A DNA stretch of 63,996 nt, filler included, from Perkinsus olseni (taxonomy: Eukaryota), in NCBI GenBank assembly GCA_013115125.1. It is 3 parts of 3 records of this genome, joined end to end, with 100 filler letters (N's around TTAATTAATTAA, not from the genome) between each part and the next. Parts side by side here need not be neighbours in the genome. Positions count along the whole stretch, not along the records: positions 22,421 to 44,697 come from JABANN010000543.1; positions 44,798 to 63,996 come from JABANN010000602.1; 1 more part is not named here. One strand, 5' to 3'. Positions 36,801 through 48,771 of this stretch are shown here, piece after piece (the first letter of the stretch is position 1; the number at the start of each line of letters is the position of its first letter). The notes beneath the pieces are model-generated. The model was not told where the DNA came from and searched no databases. It was given only the letters and a program-made list of their open reading frames with translations. A program made the translations under genes and the position numbers.

Positions 36801-38794
36801 GACAAGGCCTCTGCCACGACGCTCTAGCGGAGTGCAAGTAGTATTCTAAGGGAGCATAAACCCCAGTCCGCTAGTAACACTTGAATCACCTTATTCTTTG
36901 AAGCTTCACAGTTAGCATCTCCGACCCAGCGCCTCAGCGCAAGTTAATCGGCGTGTTCGATTCAGTTCATTTGCTACACTCCCCGGGAAAAGAGGCACTA
37001 TTTTCGGTAAAGAGGCAAGTACCACGACGATCCTCTGTTGCTGTTGAGAAAATTCACCACCAGAGTGGACCGATAATCTGGCTGACCAGTTCTTACCGTT
37101 AAAGCCGACAATTCATCGTAGTCTTCTTGCCCATCTTCATCCACTTGCTCTTCCTCAACGATAGTTATGCTATTGAATGATTGGTCGGCAGAAAACGCCG
37201 CTGTGGCCGACTCAGCCTCAGTAGCGGACCCATGCCTCATCGCTGTCTGCCACCCAAGCATGCACATCCCGAGCAGCCCTATCTCACTACCTTATCCATG
37301 CGTGCCTCCTCACTGAGCTCCATCTTACAAGCATGGTAATCTCCATGCACGAATGCTTCAGCCATTAAAGTGCGCACCAACACTACTCCGACACGGACCT
37401 GCTCGCCGGAAGGATAGCTTATCGTAGGGCATGGTCCAGTACACAGCCCTGCTGACTGACCTTTTCGATGGTATCCCAGTCTTGATCGGGCCCCAGCTTG
37501 GACTCCATCATCCTTTGCAGCTGTCGTGTTTGGCTGAGAACTGGCCTGCCATCAGCCGCTGCTGCCTCGTTGCTAGCCTCGAGTAGCCTCCGCATACGGA
37601 GTTCTGAGGACACACTCAAATTCGCCAAGTTTACAGCAGACAAGTACAGCGAAAACACCAAGGAAAAGGGAGACGTGCACATTGCACAGTACAACGTAAG
37701 TTATCCCGAAGCGGCGGCAGCGAGTGCCTTGCGCCGGCCCCCCTTTATCAACCCCCTACTTCCGTGTAGGTTCTCCAGTCTCCGGCGGTTGAGTTCGAAA
37801 TTGACTTGACTTCCCACTTGAGAGCACACATTAGTGACGGGGCAGGAATACACTCGTACAGGAAGCTCTTCTACCTTCCCCGCACGAGCGTTCCAATGCC
37901 TATCAAACCAGCAAGTGTTTGGCAATGGCCCCAAGAACATCAAGAGAAGCCCTACCGTAATGTCTCTGTGGCGCGGTCATGCGCCTCTTGTACGACACCA
38001 TCAGAGCCTCGAGGAGCGGCAAAGGGATGGCGACCACTGCTTGGGGTACACAGCATGCTGATGACGTTGCGTACGGTAACCACAGAGACCAAGCTCAGCT
38101 CTTCAGAGCTCAGAGTTGATAGAAAAGGGTGCAAATCCCTAGATTTGCCCAGCCTATTAGCCAGAAGCCGACACCATGACATCCACACTGACTTGTCCGT
38201 CAGAGAATCGGTCACCTTCCCCTGCTTGCTCAGTTGACTGATATAATCCTCATATTCAGCCATTGCCTGCCTAGTGGTCTCGTACTCGATCACTGCTTGC
38301 CGTCTCCTCAATACACACTCGTATGTATCGACATAGCCCGGTTGAGCTCGAACACAGTACTGAGCACCCTCACCGTATAGCGTGTCCCTGACAGCTCTCA
38401 GCCAGCCAGCTTCATCCGGCTCATCAGCGGACATGGGAGGCAGGCCATCCACCAGCAAGAGACCATCATCGTTCGGTTCTGCCAAAATGTCTTCGAAAAG
38501 TATACCGTTTTTACATAGGAAATCGTCAGCTTCCAGTATCGACTCGGTTAGTCTCAGCACATCAGCTGGGCCAGGGGAGTCCAGTACAGGCAGCGCCCGG
38601 CCAGACTTCAATTCCTGCATCGCTGCAAACTGGTCACGACAGTCTAGCAAATCGTCCAAGGCCGCCGAGAGGATGTCGGGCACTCGAGGCTTGTGGGCCC
38701 TCATGGACAGCCATCGCCTCGACAATGCAATCGCTGAGCCTCGTGTTAGCGATACTAGGCGGTTCGGAAGGGGAGTGTGAATTATAAGAGCCAT
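33896..38794 (-). CDS. Mitochondrial single-subunit (T7-type) RNA polymerase, POLRMT/Rpo41-like
   Basis: Motif [16 protein letters not shown], motif [27 protein letters not shown], motif C VHDSYWTH and terminal FFD. Many short introns. Confidence 0.95.
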
Positions 38795-40115
38795 TAACAG
38801 GCACGTAAAACGCAACTGAGCTGATGGGTAGACGGTCTTTTCGCCTCCAAGCTTCACCGCCTCGATGTTATCTCAAATTGATCACGTCGTGGGCGAGCGC
38901 GCTTGACGAAAGGCTTTGCGTTCGCCCCAGTAATCGATAGAGCAACATGGTCGTTGCAGATATAACTCGTTTAAGTTCCCCAATCCTTCCCATCCTGAAT
39001 GGGCAGTCCCACCAAGATGCCATGGCATGTTTTCGTTCTTTTCAGCCCAGCCCAACGACGGCAAGAGCCTGGTGTAGACGGACTTAGGCTGAACGGTAGC
39101 TGGGCAACAACTCATTGTTTCACAGTTTGCACGCTTCAAGGCAGTGCCCTATCCGGCGTGCCCTTTGGCGGAGAATGGACCCTTCTTTCCGCAGCTGTCT
39201 TAGTCTAAGACTCTTAGAGAAGATCCGCTCCCGCCTCCCTCGAAGTGCATCGGTAGTGTTCTGGCTTAGGATTGATGCGGGGAAAGTTCATCCTCTCTCG
39301 AGTGGGCATGGGAGCTGGATTGAGTCTACTTGTAGTACGAGGTGTAATCGGATTGCATGTCGACAAGTACGTTCTCTTTGGCGTCCGGAAGATTCTCTTT
39401 TCTGCCATGGTCGGATAAAGGAGTACCACATTCTCGACATCTCGTACGCCCGCTGTTATCCGCGCATATAGTAATATAGAGATCGTAGATCTGTTGACGT
39501 CACGGCCAGCGGCACTCTCGTCGTGCTTGGTCATACTCTCGGATGGTAGTACAGGTGAAACGCTGCAACGACTCAGTGGAAGTAAATGAACGTAATTTAA
39601 TCACGGCCGGAAGTGCGGGGGTGACGTATACGCCACTCCTCTGGCATTCATTGTGTTGACGGTCATACCGCACCAACCGAAATTCAGGGGTCCTTGCCGC
39701 GTGTAATATTGATTGATACGTCGGCCAAGGTCTGGTACTCCCAGGCCCTACTCAGCGCCGTGGCGGGTTCCGAACTGTCTCCATACAATAAGTTCTGACG
39801 TGCTCACGGTTCAGCATCGGCATCTCGAGGCTGCGGTGACCTTACATCGCCGCCCACTGGGGGGACTGGCCTACAAAGGCAATTTAACGCACTTCACTTC
39901 CCTAAGTCCGTGTATAGCTACCAGTCGCTGTATCCGAGGTGCTCACAACCTTCCCCGCGCTAACCCACATCGTGTAAGCCAGTGAAAGTACTGTCTCTGG
40001 AGCGACCTCGGTATGCACTGGCGTTAGTCACAACCTGCTAGGTGGTATACGACCCCTCTCGGAACATGGATCCTAATATATCTACTTAGCAGTGTTTTAA
40101 TGGCTCTGGCCTTCC

Positions 40116-43100
40116 ATGCCACCACCCCTATCGCCCGGCAGTAGTAGGGGATCTCGTTCCCGCTCGCCTTCCAATACACCTTCGATTAAACGTCGAAGAA
40201 GAGGTGGTACCAGCAGTAGTGATGACGCAGGGAGCGCTTCCAGTCCTAATCCAGCGACTACCAACTCAGGAGTCACTCATACCATCGGGGTAGTAGTGGT
40301 AGTGGTTAGTAGTTGGGATAGTAATAGTAGTAGTACCGGCAATGATATTAGTGATGAGTATCGGCGACCCGTTGCGGCAGTCCGGGTTTTCCTGGCCTAG
40401 CATCGGCTTAGATCGTTCGCTGGACGTTCTCCGTAGATGTCTTTTGCTCGCAGGCCGGTGGTGTAGTTATCGAGTCCCGCGACAGCATCATGGAAGATAG
40501 CTTGACTCCGCAGATCCTATTGAGAATGGTACGAGTGTAGGCATCACGACATCACGGCCTTTCATCTGTCCTCTCCCAATAGAACTCCCAGTTGAAAACA
40601 AGGCTCATCCAGCATCGGCAGGATTATAGTAAATTAGAGAAGACCTGCAAGCAGATGGAAGAGGAGCTGGCCAACGCTAGTGTGTTGAAGAACGTGTAAG
40701 GGCGAGTCAGGAGTGATACCCTATAGCAACTCGTTCTAGATGGCTGCGTGTTGCCAAAGCCTTCGATATCGAGGCAGATGAAGCCCAACTGCTGGTGTCA
40801 AGTGATCTTATTGATGAGGTAGTATGCTCAGAGTCAGGAGGGCTCTCCGACCCTCGACGACTATAGTTTATCAGCACTATGGTAGCTTCGGTAGCAGTAG
40901 GCTTGGAATCCTGCGTTCTTTTATCGGCTACATGAAGTGGCTAGTGATGGCCCACCCTCAGGTTATTGGTCAACTCCGATCGCATGCCGGATCATCCGCA
41001 GTAGTGAGGTCGTCCAAGCTCGAGGCTAAGGCGGATACGGAGAAGGATAGAGCTGATAAATTAGAGAACGAACTGGAGGATGCACAATTCGAGAAGAATG
41101 TGATACGACGTTGCAGTCGATCGTTGGGTGGCCCAGGAGCAACACTGACGGCTCACTTGCTTGGAGAGCATCGCCAATAGCTGCCATCAATGTAGTTACT
41201 AGTGAAGCAAGTAGTGCGGCTAAGACATCAACTCAATCCGGACCGTATGAATATATTGAACCCTGAGGAGGGGTCAGCAGAGGAAGGTAGTAGGGATGGC
41301 GGGGTGCGGACCAGGGATGAGGCCTATCGACGATCTCTGGCCAAAGCTCGGTCCTACGTTCGTCTTTCTCCTCTCTCTTCAAACGTGCTTATCTCGAGTG
41401 TCTCGGGTTCGTGCTCGCATCTTCGAGCGTCATTCAGCGGCCGTACCGGCGTTGGCGAGGTCGGAGAGGGAACGGCGAGAGTTGATGGATGAAGTGGATC
41501 GTCTGAGGACACAGCTAACGGTAGTCCGCAGGCTGTGCCATCAATAATCCCACCAAGTACACATTAGATGCTTTCTGCCCGAGAGTCGACCTCATGCACG
41601 GCCCTGCAGGATTCCCTCAGTGCTGTAATACGGCGCTACTACGTATTCTTCTGTCACGTCCGTCGTTCTCCCTCCAGATGAAGCGTGATCGAGACGTCTG
41701 GCGGGACAGGGCGGCCAAACTAGAGACTGACCATAATGTAGTGTCTGGTTCGGGCGTGAGCCGCGATAGAAAGTCTTTCTATGCCAGTCGAAAATCGAGC
41801 ACCTCCAACAGAAGTTGAACGATGCACAGAAGATCGGCAACTCTTGTTCAGGTGGGGTGTGAAGGCGAGAAAAGTAAACTGTAGTCGAGGGGTATGACAC
41901 TTTCTTCTTGTCAGATGTCATGCAGGAGAGGCTCATGCGAGCAGCGTCTGAGGTCGGCAATCTGAAGGCAGAAGTGACCAAGTTGAAAGCAGGTTCGCCG
42001 CCCGAGTTGCTGTTATCGTTTTTCTCACCTGGTTATTTCCTGTCAGATTGTGATGCATCGGTTGCAGTCAATAAGGCCCGCGAAGAACGTTATAAAGTCA
42101 TGGAGGAGTTTTTCTCGACGTAGTTGTGCGCGGGCCTATACACCCGAAGATGGTCGCTTACTTATAGGTATCAGACTGACCTTGACGCGCGGCAAGAAGA
42201 GAGTCGGAACCTTCATGACGCTGAGAAGGAGGCGACCGCTAAAGCGCAGAAGATGGAGGAGGAGCGGCGAGAAGATATGCGGAAGGTAGTTGAAGGAAGT
42301 TGACCGGACCTCGGGAGAAGATGAATCACAGATTGAACGCCTTGAGGAGGAAAGAGCTGTCCTTAAGGAACAGAAGCAGTGCCGATGCGTAGCATCCAAT
42401 GAGTCACTCAAAAGCATTTGTCACAAGATGGCCAGCTCTCTGGTCAAGACGCAAGTCGATCTCGAAGTAGGCCATGCTGCTTGAGCGGATTTCGTTTGCA
42501 TGTCGTCATGGTTACCAGTATAAGACTAGCGAGTTGGACCGGATACAGCAGTTGTTGGATACCGAACAGAAGCACAACAATAAGCTGAAGGAGAGGATGG
42601 CGACTCTGCGGAAGCAGGTTGATGTGAGGCTTCGGATGCCACTTGCAATTTGTGAGCTTGCGAGTCGCGAGATCAACAGCGAATCCATCTCAGACTGTCG
42701 TTTCGGGCGTTGACGATCACAAGTCTGAGTTTTCTCGATTGTCTCAAGCGGCCAAGGTGAGGGCGTTGGCAACTGTGACGGGTGAAGTTCGGATGGATCA
42801 GGTGCAAGAGCTCCAGAACGCTCGTGTTGTGGATAACTACTGGGACGCTCTTCGGCAGAAAAATGAGAGCTTGGGGATTATTCAACGGCTGGTAGGGCAA
42901 CTCTGTGTGGAATGTCGAAGCTATCCGCTCAGACGGAAGAAAGAGACGCCTTGCGGAAGCATGTACAGGTTTTGGAGTCGGCCCACAGGCAGGCTACTGG
43001 GGCCTCAATGCAAGAGGCTCAGCTGGTAGTATAATCTGGTGAATCAACACGGCCTCGGCTGGATGGGGTTCAACAGGCACAGCAGAGTAACAACAATAGT

Positions 43101-43987
43101 TTAGCGGCTATGGGGCAATGCAGGATGCAACTCGAGGTAGTACAGGAATGCTCGACGCAGTGGCCTCGGGTAAAGTGTGCTCCTATAGACCATAGTGGCC
43201 GAGCAGAAGGAGAAAATGGAGTCCTTCAAGAGCACCATAACGATGTTGAAGGGTGAGCGAAGGAGGGTAATCCTCGTCAAAGTGACCATACAAGCTTCCA
43301 TTCCAAGGTGTCGCTGATAAGTGCCAAGCCGACTGCCGAGAGAAGAACAAGAGGATCCTGGAGGTGGAGAAAACGAACATCCGATTAACTCGGCAGCTCG
43401 AAAAAGTAGCAATGCCGCTGACACTTGGGGATGAGAAGTCGTTTTTTTGCGCTGTTGCTAGGCACGATCGTCGAGTGGCCATGGGGCCGGGTTAGAAGGT
43501 ACCATTTCGACAGTTTTCTCCAATTTTCGTTATCATTCGCCACAGCCTCAGGGACTGTACAATCGCCTTCCCCGGGTGCTGGTGTTGACGACAAGTCTCA
43601 GGCGATGTCTATCATAGAGCAGGAGGAAATTCGAGCGTATCGAGTGAGTGACCGAAAACGAGGAGTAACGTGACATGTTTTTGTTGTTGATTCAGCTGAA
43701 GGTGAAGTGCTCGATCTGCCAGCAGAATGACAAGCAAGTTGCGCTGCAGAAGTGCATGCATTGTTTCTGCAGAACATGTGTCAACGAGACCATGGTAGGA
43801 GTTGCTCTTGGGTGAGAGATTATTACGTACACTACGCCACTGCCAGATTCAAGCTCGCAACCGAAAATGTCCCCTGTGTGGCCAGAGGTTCTCCGAATCG
43901 GATATTCGAACGGTGAGCCATCCGTTGTCGTGTGGGCGGCTGATTTCGTCGTGTCTGCAGATACATCTCTTGGAAGTCGGTGAGTAG
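40116..43987 (+). CDS. BRE1: BRE1-like E3 ubiquitin ligase (coiled coil plus C-terminal C3HC4 RING)
   Basis: Coiled-coil exons, then spliced LKVKCSICQQNDKQVALQKCMHCFCRTCV..IQARNRKCPLCGQRFSESDIRTIHL. Confidence 0.8.
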
Positions 43988-44481
43988 CGAATCTGACGAT
44001 GCGCCTCGTCACAACAGTATCAGCTGTATTATGTGTATATTTCTGCCAGCAAACGTTTCCGGATTCCATCAACTCTCTTGTTACAATCATCAACTCGGGT
44101 TGGAAAAGTTGACCTTGGTAATCCCGCCCCGAAATCGAGCAACCTGCGAATCACACTACGCTAGAACTACACTAGAATCTGTCATACAAATTATGGGCAG
44201 AAGAATGGACATCTCTTTTGCAGAATAAATGAATCGGGAAATGGCATTTCTGGGTCCACGCGGACCTTAAGGAGAGCCAACATATGAGTGTAATAGGCCC
44301 GTTGTGACATACCGTAATGTATCCGAGAAAATCACGTTGGCCAATGCATTGGAGTGCTCTCAGACAACGCATGTAGTGCATTAACGACTGTGTATCACAG
44401 TGAACACAACTGTGTCCTCACCACGGGTTACACGATCGCTTCATTGTACTTGACGCTTCGGACCACATGACCTAGCGTGAT

Positions 44482-44555
44482 TACTCTAGGCGGGACTTGA
44501 ACCCGCAACCTTTGGATTAGAAGTCCAACGCTCTATCCGATTGAGCCACCAGAGC
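44482..44555 (-). tRNA. tRNA-Arg(TCT)
   Basis: GCTCTGGTGGCTCAATCGGATAGAGCGTTGGACTTCTAATCCAAAGGTTGCGGGTTCAAGTCCCGCCTAGAGTA folds as a cloverleaf with anticodon TCT and intact A and B boxes. Confidence 0.95.
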
Positions 44556-44697
44556 TGTAAAAGTTTTTAAAATTCCGCAACCCGCAGTGATACTCATCAT
44601 ACGTTGAGCCCCATTGTGTGACGTTTTGGAAAGCACATGTGCTTGGAGGTACAGTTCGAGCCGGAGTCGTTACCTCACCTTGCTCGTCCCCTATTTT

Positions 44698-44797
44698 NNN
44701 NNNNNNNNNNNNNNNNNNNNNNNNNNNNNNNNNNNNNNNNNTTAATTAATTAANNNNNNNNNNNNNNNNNNNNNNNNNNNNNNNNNNNNNNNNNNNN
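44698..44797. other. Scaffold gap with artificial linker
   Basis: Same N-TTAATTAATTAA-N layout as 22321-22420. Confidence 0.95.
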
Positions 44798-45234
44798 TGA
44801 GAAGGCCTACAATAGGCTCTCAGCAGAAAAAACGCTCTGAGAGACAGGAAGCTCGAAATGCTCATAGAGGGATTCTATTTACACCGTCTCTGACGGTGAG
44901 AGTCCCTCCAGTCATGACGAAAACCTAGCAGGCATTGACCGACAAACTAGTCGTTTGTTGCAACGAAGAAGATTTACCGACTGATCGGTAACAGCGACGT
45001 TGCGTTCAGGAAGCAGTCTCAAGTGATAAGCAGTGAAAAGGAAACACGAAGCAGATTCAAAAAACACAGGACCACAGCACAACGCAACAAATTAAACAAG
45101 AGAAGCACTCATGACCGAAAAAATACAACCAGGGTGTCGAACAAGGACAACAACCTACGGTGGTCCACTTTTCCAACTATTCTGCGGGATAATATTATCC
45201 GAAAACGGAACTTTCCCAACCCAGTTGAGAATGA

Positions 45235-48200
45235 CTAGCAGAAATCACAACGGGGTTCAACACACGTTGACAAAGTACATTTACCCGCGCATCCACCTTC
45301 TCGCCTCATAGCTCTCCGGATCCCTGCCGCGATACTTGGTGAGGTTTGATCTGGTATAGCGATCCACACCACACTGTATGTCATAAGGCAGACCACCGAG
45401 AGATAGAGAAGGCCCGATCCCAGCGTGATGGCGTCCACCGATACTGCGTAAAAAGGTTCCTTACCTGCTCTGAGGAGGTTGTCTGGCGAAAGATCAGAGA
45501 TCCCCGCCCCTGACAGCCCCGGCAGTATCCTCCACTCTCGCTTGGCATTCTTCAGCTGACAGGTGACACACACTGCAAGCTCGTCATTCGCGAGTCTCCT
45601 CAGCGATGGCGCAAAGAAACCAAATTCTATTGCTCTTTCAACACTCGCATTTCGACTCGCATGCCGCAACTTCCTGTGTGCACTGCGAATGAGTAGACGC
45701 TTGAAGGCCATGCGCTTCTTTGGTACATAGTACGCCCAGCTGGTGGATCCATTAGCACTATTCACCAGATATCGCGCTATGCCAGCGTCGTCAATCCTGA
45801 TGCATGCCAGCGACCTGAGTGCCTTCGCATCCATTCCTTCCGCCCATCCCATCTGTAGAGACCGGGCGAAGGACGCTTTGTCTTCCTCCAGATATGTGTC
45901 TGGATACTGTAACTCGGCTGTGGGAAGGTCACCTGTGCTTTGCTTCCACCAGGTGAAAGCGAAACGCAGCGCCTTCCACGCATTTAATGCGGCATTCACA
46001 TCATACGATCTCAGTGATAACTCGTCCGCTAGACTCGGACTTCCAGTGTGCTTCCGGTATTCCGACGATACTTCATCTGGTATATAGCATAGTCGATCCT
46101 CTAACTCGTCCGGATAGCTCGGTATCTCTCCTATCCGAGATATTATATCGTCGATGACCGTTGCTACTTTGAGTGGTTCATCAAGATGCTCCTGTAGCAC
46201 ACGTCCTATCTGAATACCGTTGGCGCACCTGCGCTCCAGTAGACGTGACAAAGAGTCCGCTCGAGTATTCAGAGAGCCTTGAAGATGTGTGATGTCGACC
46301 GTTACATCACAACTATTTCTTATGAAACTAATTTCCGCTTTAATGGCATCAGCGAGCCTAACGATCGATCTCAATTCCAGCGCCTTGCAAGGGGGATTCT
46401 CATTGCACCAGCGGATCGAAGCGAAATTGTCCCCTTTGATCGATAGCCTACACGTGCCTTGTGTGCCGAGTCTGTGGTGTGAGCCCCTCCAATAATCTAG
46501 AAGCCTCGCTGTTCGGCTCACCCCCTCAAACATGGCTCGTAACTCTCTCCTATTTGAATGCCACGCCGCCTCCCTATTGGTCCACCTACCGGCCGCTCCC
46601 AAAATCTCAAAGCACTTTCCTTCCGCCTCCGAACAAAATTCCGCTACTCCCTCTTGCCTGGTCGCCCAAAGACTGAAACCCCAACCTAGTAGTGATGAAT
46701 CCGTTTCCAAAGTTAAAAAGATGCTCTCGCTTTCCAACCGTAGAGACGATGCATGTACACACTCCTGCGCAGGCTTCTTCTCTGATATCCATTTCCCGAT
46801 CTCCTCGAAGGCTGTCCTAACCCCATCCCCAAAATTATCGATCGTGAATGGTCGATCCCACGTCCAACTACTGAACGTCTTTCCTACTATAGCCCTAAGT
46901 ACATCTCCTATCAGCCTCAAAGTCGGATGGCCTTGGACACTATCATGGGCCAGGACCCCCGCACATGCGAATGTACTGCTTTTCGTCCAAGTCGTGGAGT
47001 TCAAAAACTCCGCAACCGCCGACCACCTCTGTGCCAATCTACAGTCCAATAGCATCCTCTCCTGCTCCATACAGACTCCTACTCCCAGCAAGGTACCCTC
47101 TGTGCTCAGCGGAACCACAACACCATATCCCTCACAGTACTGACGGAACTGCTCCTCGTTACCCGGCCTTACTACTGCCCACAACTTGTCGCACTGCGCC
47201 ACAAACCCCAGGATCCTCAGTATTGCAAATAGGAGAGCGAACGCCCGGACTATCCCCTCTACCTCAGCTTCCTGAATGACTATGTCATCCATGTAGTAAA
47301 GAATGAACAGTAATATCTGTTCCTCCGACAGTCCCTTCATCAGCTCTAACATGGTCATGATTATCTCCTTCACGGCTCCTTGTAGACAACCCGCTCCAAA
47401 GTGTAGCCCAAATACTACTCTATCCGACACAAACTCACCGATGGCTGTGGCCAGCAGCACCCATCGATCCACGAGTCTACATCTGTAGTATGCTTTTTGA
47501 AGATCCGCCACGATCAAGTCTCCTCCATTCAACCGTACTGCTATCAGAACATCCGATGTTGCTCTCCGTGACGACGACACTCCTCCCAGGCTCTGATTGA
47601 CCCCTCGACAATCTAGGACCAAACGCGGCTTCTTTTCCAGCTGCGCGAGAAAGATGGGGGATGCCGGTAAGCATTCCTTTCCTTCAGGATGCCCTTCTAC
47701 CTGCAACTCCGATTTCTTGACCCACCATCCTCGGTCTACAAATTCCTGCACCAGCTTCCTGTACACCGCTCTGTGCGCTTCCTCCAGCTTACTGTATGCT
47801 GCTCGCTCATATCTCGGTATACGCAGTTCTGTCGTCTCCTCGTCACCTTTCTTAGGGAGATCAATAAACACCGCAACCTCCTGTCCTTCACAGTCCCTTT
47901 GGCTGTGCTCCTCTAATCTTCTAAAAGACAGCCTATAGTCCGGAAGACCCTCAACCACCAGCTCTCCTTTGTCCACGAGTGTCGCGATCACTTTCCTGGC
48001 GACTTCCTGTTCTTGTCGTGGAAGTACTGGATATATCACCTTACCCTCTTCCTGAGGTGATGGTTGAGTTCCTACTCCTCGTCCTCCTCCTGGTTTGTCG
48101 ATGTATCTCATTACACTATCATGTACGTATCTTATCACATCAATGGCCTCTGCCGAGTCGTCCTCCACTTGTCTCCTCTCAGCGCAGAGTCCCCTCCTCG

Positions 48201-48771
48201 ACCGTGATACCGTGCCCGTTGCCAGGTCCAACTGCAAACCCACTCTACTGCCAATATCTCTGCCTATCAACAAGCCGACCTTATCTTCTACTTGCTCTGA
48301 GTACAACACCCGGACCATGTGAGGCCCTGCAGTTATCGCCTCTCCTTCGAGCCACAGAGTAAGGTATACTTCGGCCTCCTCAGTGATAGCCGTTCGACTT
48401 CCGTCTGCTAATTTCGCCCACTTGGCAACTCTTGTAGTTGGTATGCATTTCCTCGCCCCCTGATCTTTCGGCAAACATAGGTATGTACGTCCGGCCCCTG
48501 GGTCTATCGTGCCCTTCACTCCTTGAATTCTATACTTAGGATCTACAGCACTGACTACATCCGTTCTAACCTGTAATTCCACCGGTACTTCTAAATAGAT
48601 CAAACAAACCTTATCTTCTACTTCCTCACGAGCTACTCCTTTCTCCTCCTCTCTACTACACGAATTAAGGCCACCGTTCCCTTGGCGGCTCTCCTCATGT
48701 GATGTGGAGAAAGATGAATCTTCGGCCGAGATGCGCTCCCCACGAGTCACATCCGGCCCTTGTCGTTTCCC
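45235..48771 (-). CDS. pol: pol: aspartic protease, reverse transcriptase, RNase H, integrase (C-terminally truncated)
   Basis: Protease IDPGAGRT...LLIGRD; RT PRLVLDCRGVN, DLQKAYY, FGL, YMDD; RNase H TDSSLLGWG, HSNRRELRA, GDN, NTRADSLSR; integrase H-x4-H...CVTC and PFYAVSVD. The frame stays open upstream into the slippery site. Confidence 0.9.
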   Translation of the reverse strand, partial: GKRQGPDVTRGERISAEDSSFSTSHEESRQGNGGLNSCSREEEKGVAREEVEDKVCLIYLEVPVELQVRTDVVSAVDPKYRIQGVKGTIDPGAGRTYLCLPKDQGARKCIPTTRVAKWAKLADGSRTAITEEAEVYLTLWLEGEAITAGPHMVRVLYSEQVEDKVGLLIGRDIGSRVGLQLDLATGTVSRSRRGLCAERRQVEDDSAEAIDVIRYVHDSVMRYIDKPGGGRGVGTQPSPQEEGKVIYPVLPRQEQEVARKVIATLVDKGELVVEGLPDYRLSFRRLEEHSQRDCEGQEVAVFIDLPKKGDEETTELRIPRYERAAYSKLEEAHRAVYRKLVQEFVDRGWWVKKSELQVEGHPEGKECLPASPIFLAQLEKKPRLVLDCRGVNQSLGGVSSSRRATSDVLIAVRLNGGDLIVADLQKAYYRCRLVDRWVLLATAIGEFVSDRVVFGLHFGAGCLQGAVKEIIMTMLELMKGLSEEQILLFILYYMDDIVIQEAEVEGIVRAFALLFAILRILGFVAQCDKLWAVVRPGNEEQFRQYCEGYGVVVPLSTEGTLLGVGVCMEQERMLLDCRLAQRWSAVAEFLNSTTWTKSSTFACAGVLAHDSVQGHPTLRLIGDVLRAIVGKTFSSWTWDRPFTIDNFGDGVRTAFEEIGKWISEKKPAQECVHASSLRLESESIFLTLETDSSLLGWGFSLWATRQEGVAEFCSEAEGKCFEILGAAGRWTNREAAWHSNRRELRAMFEGVSRTARLLDYWRGSHHRLGTQGTCRLSIKGDNFASIRWCNENPPCKALELRSIVRLADAIKAEISFIRNSCDVTVDITHLQGSLNTRADSLSRLLERRCANGIQIGRVLQEHLDEPLKVATVIDDIISRIGEIPSYPDELEDRLCYIPDEVSSEYRKHTGSPSLADELSLRSYDVNAALNAWKALRFAFTWWKQSTGDLPTAELQYPDTYLEEDKASFARSLQMGWAEGMDAKALRSLACIRIDDAGIARYLVNSANGSTSWAYYVPKKRMAFKRLLIRSAHRKLRHASRNASVERAIEFGFFAPSLRRLANDELAVCVTCQLKNAKREWRILPGLSGAGISDLSPDNLLRAGKEPFYAVSVDAITLGSGLLYLSVVCLMTYSVVWIAIPDQTSPSIAAGIRRAMRREGGCAGKCTLSTCVEPRCDFC
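48704..48771 (-). promoter_or_regulatory. Programmed -1 ribosomal frameshift signal (G GGA AAC plus stem-loop/pseudoknot)
   Basis: The heptamer is in the correct phase in ORF1 and a -1 shift enters the pol frame. After a 6-nt spacer, stem GGCCG-GATGTG pairs with CGCATC-T-CGGCC, and loop GTGGGGAG can pair with downstream TTCTCCAC. Confidence 0.8.

Noticed and set aside
38940-39990. Small gene between the RNA polymerase and BRE1-like genes
   Set aside because: Splice-like signals are present, but I could not build a consistent reading frame.
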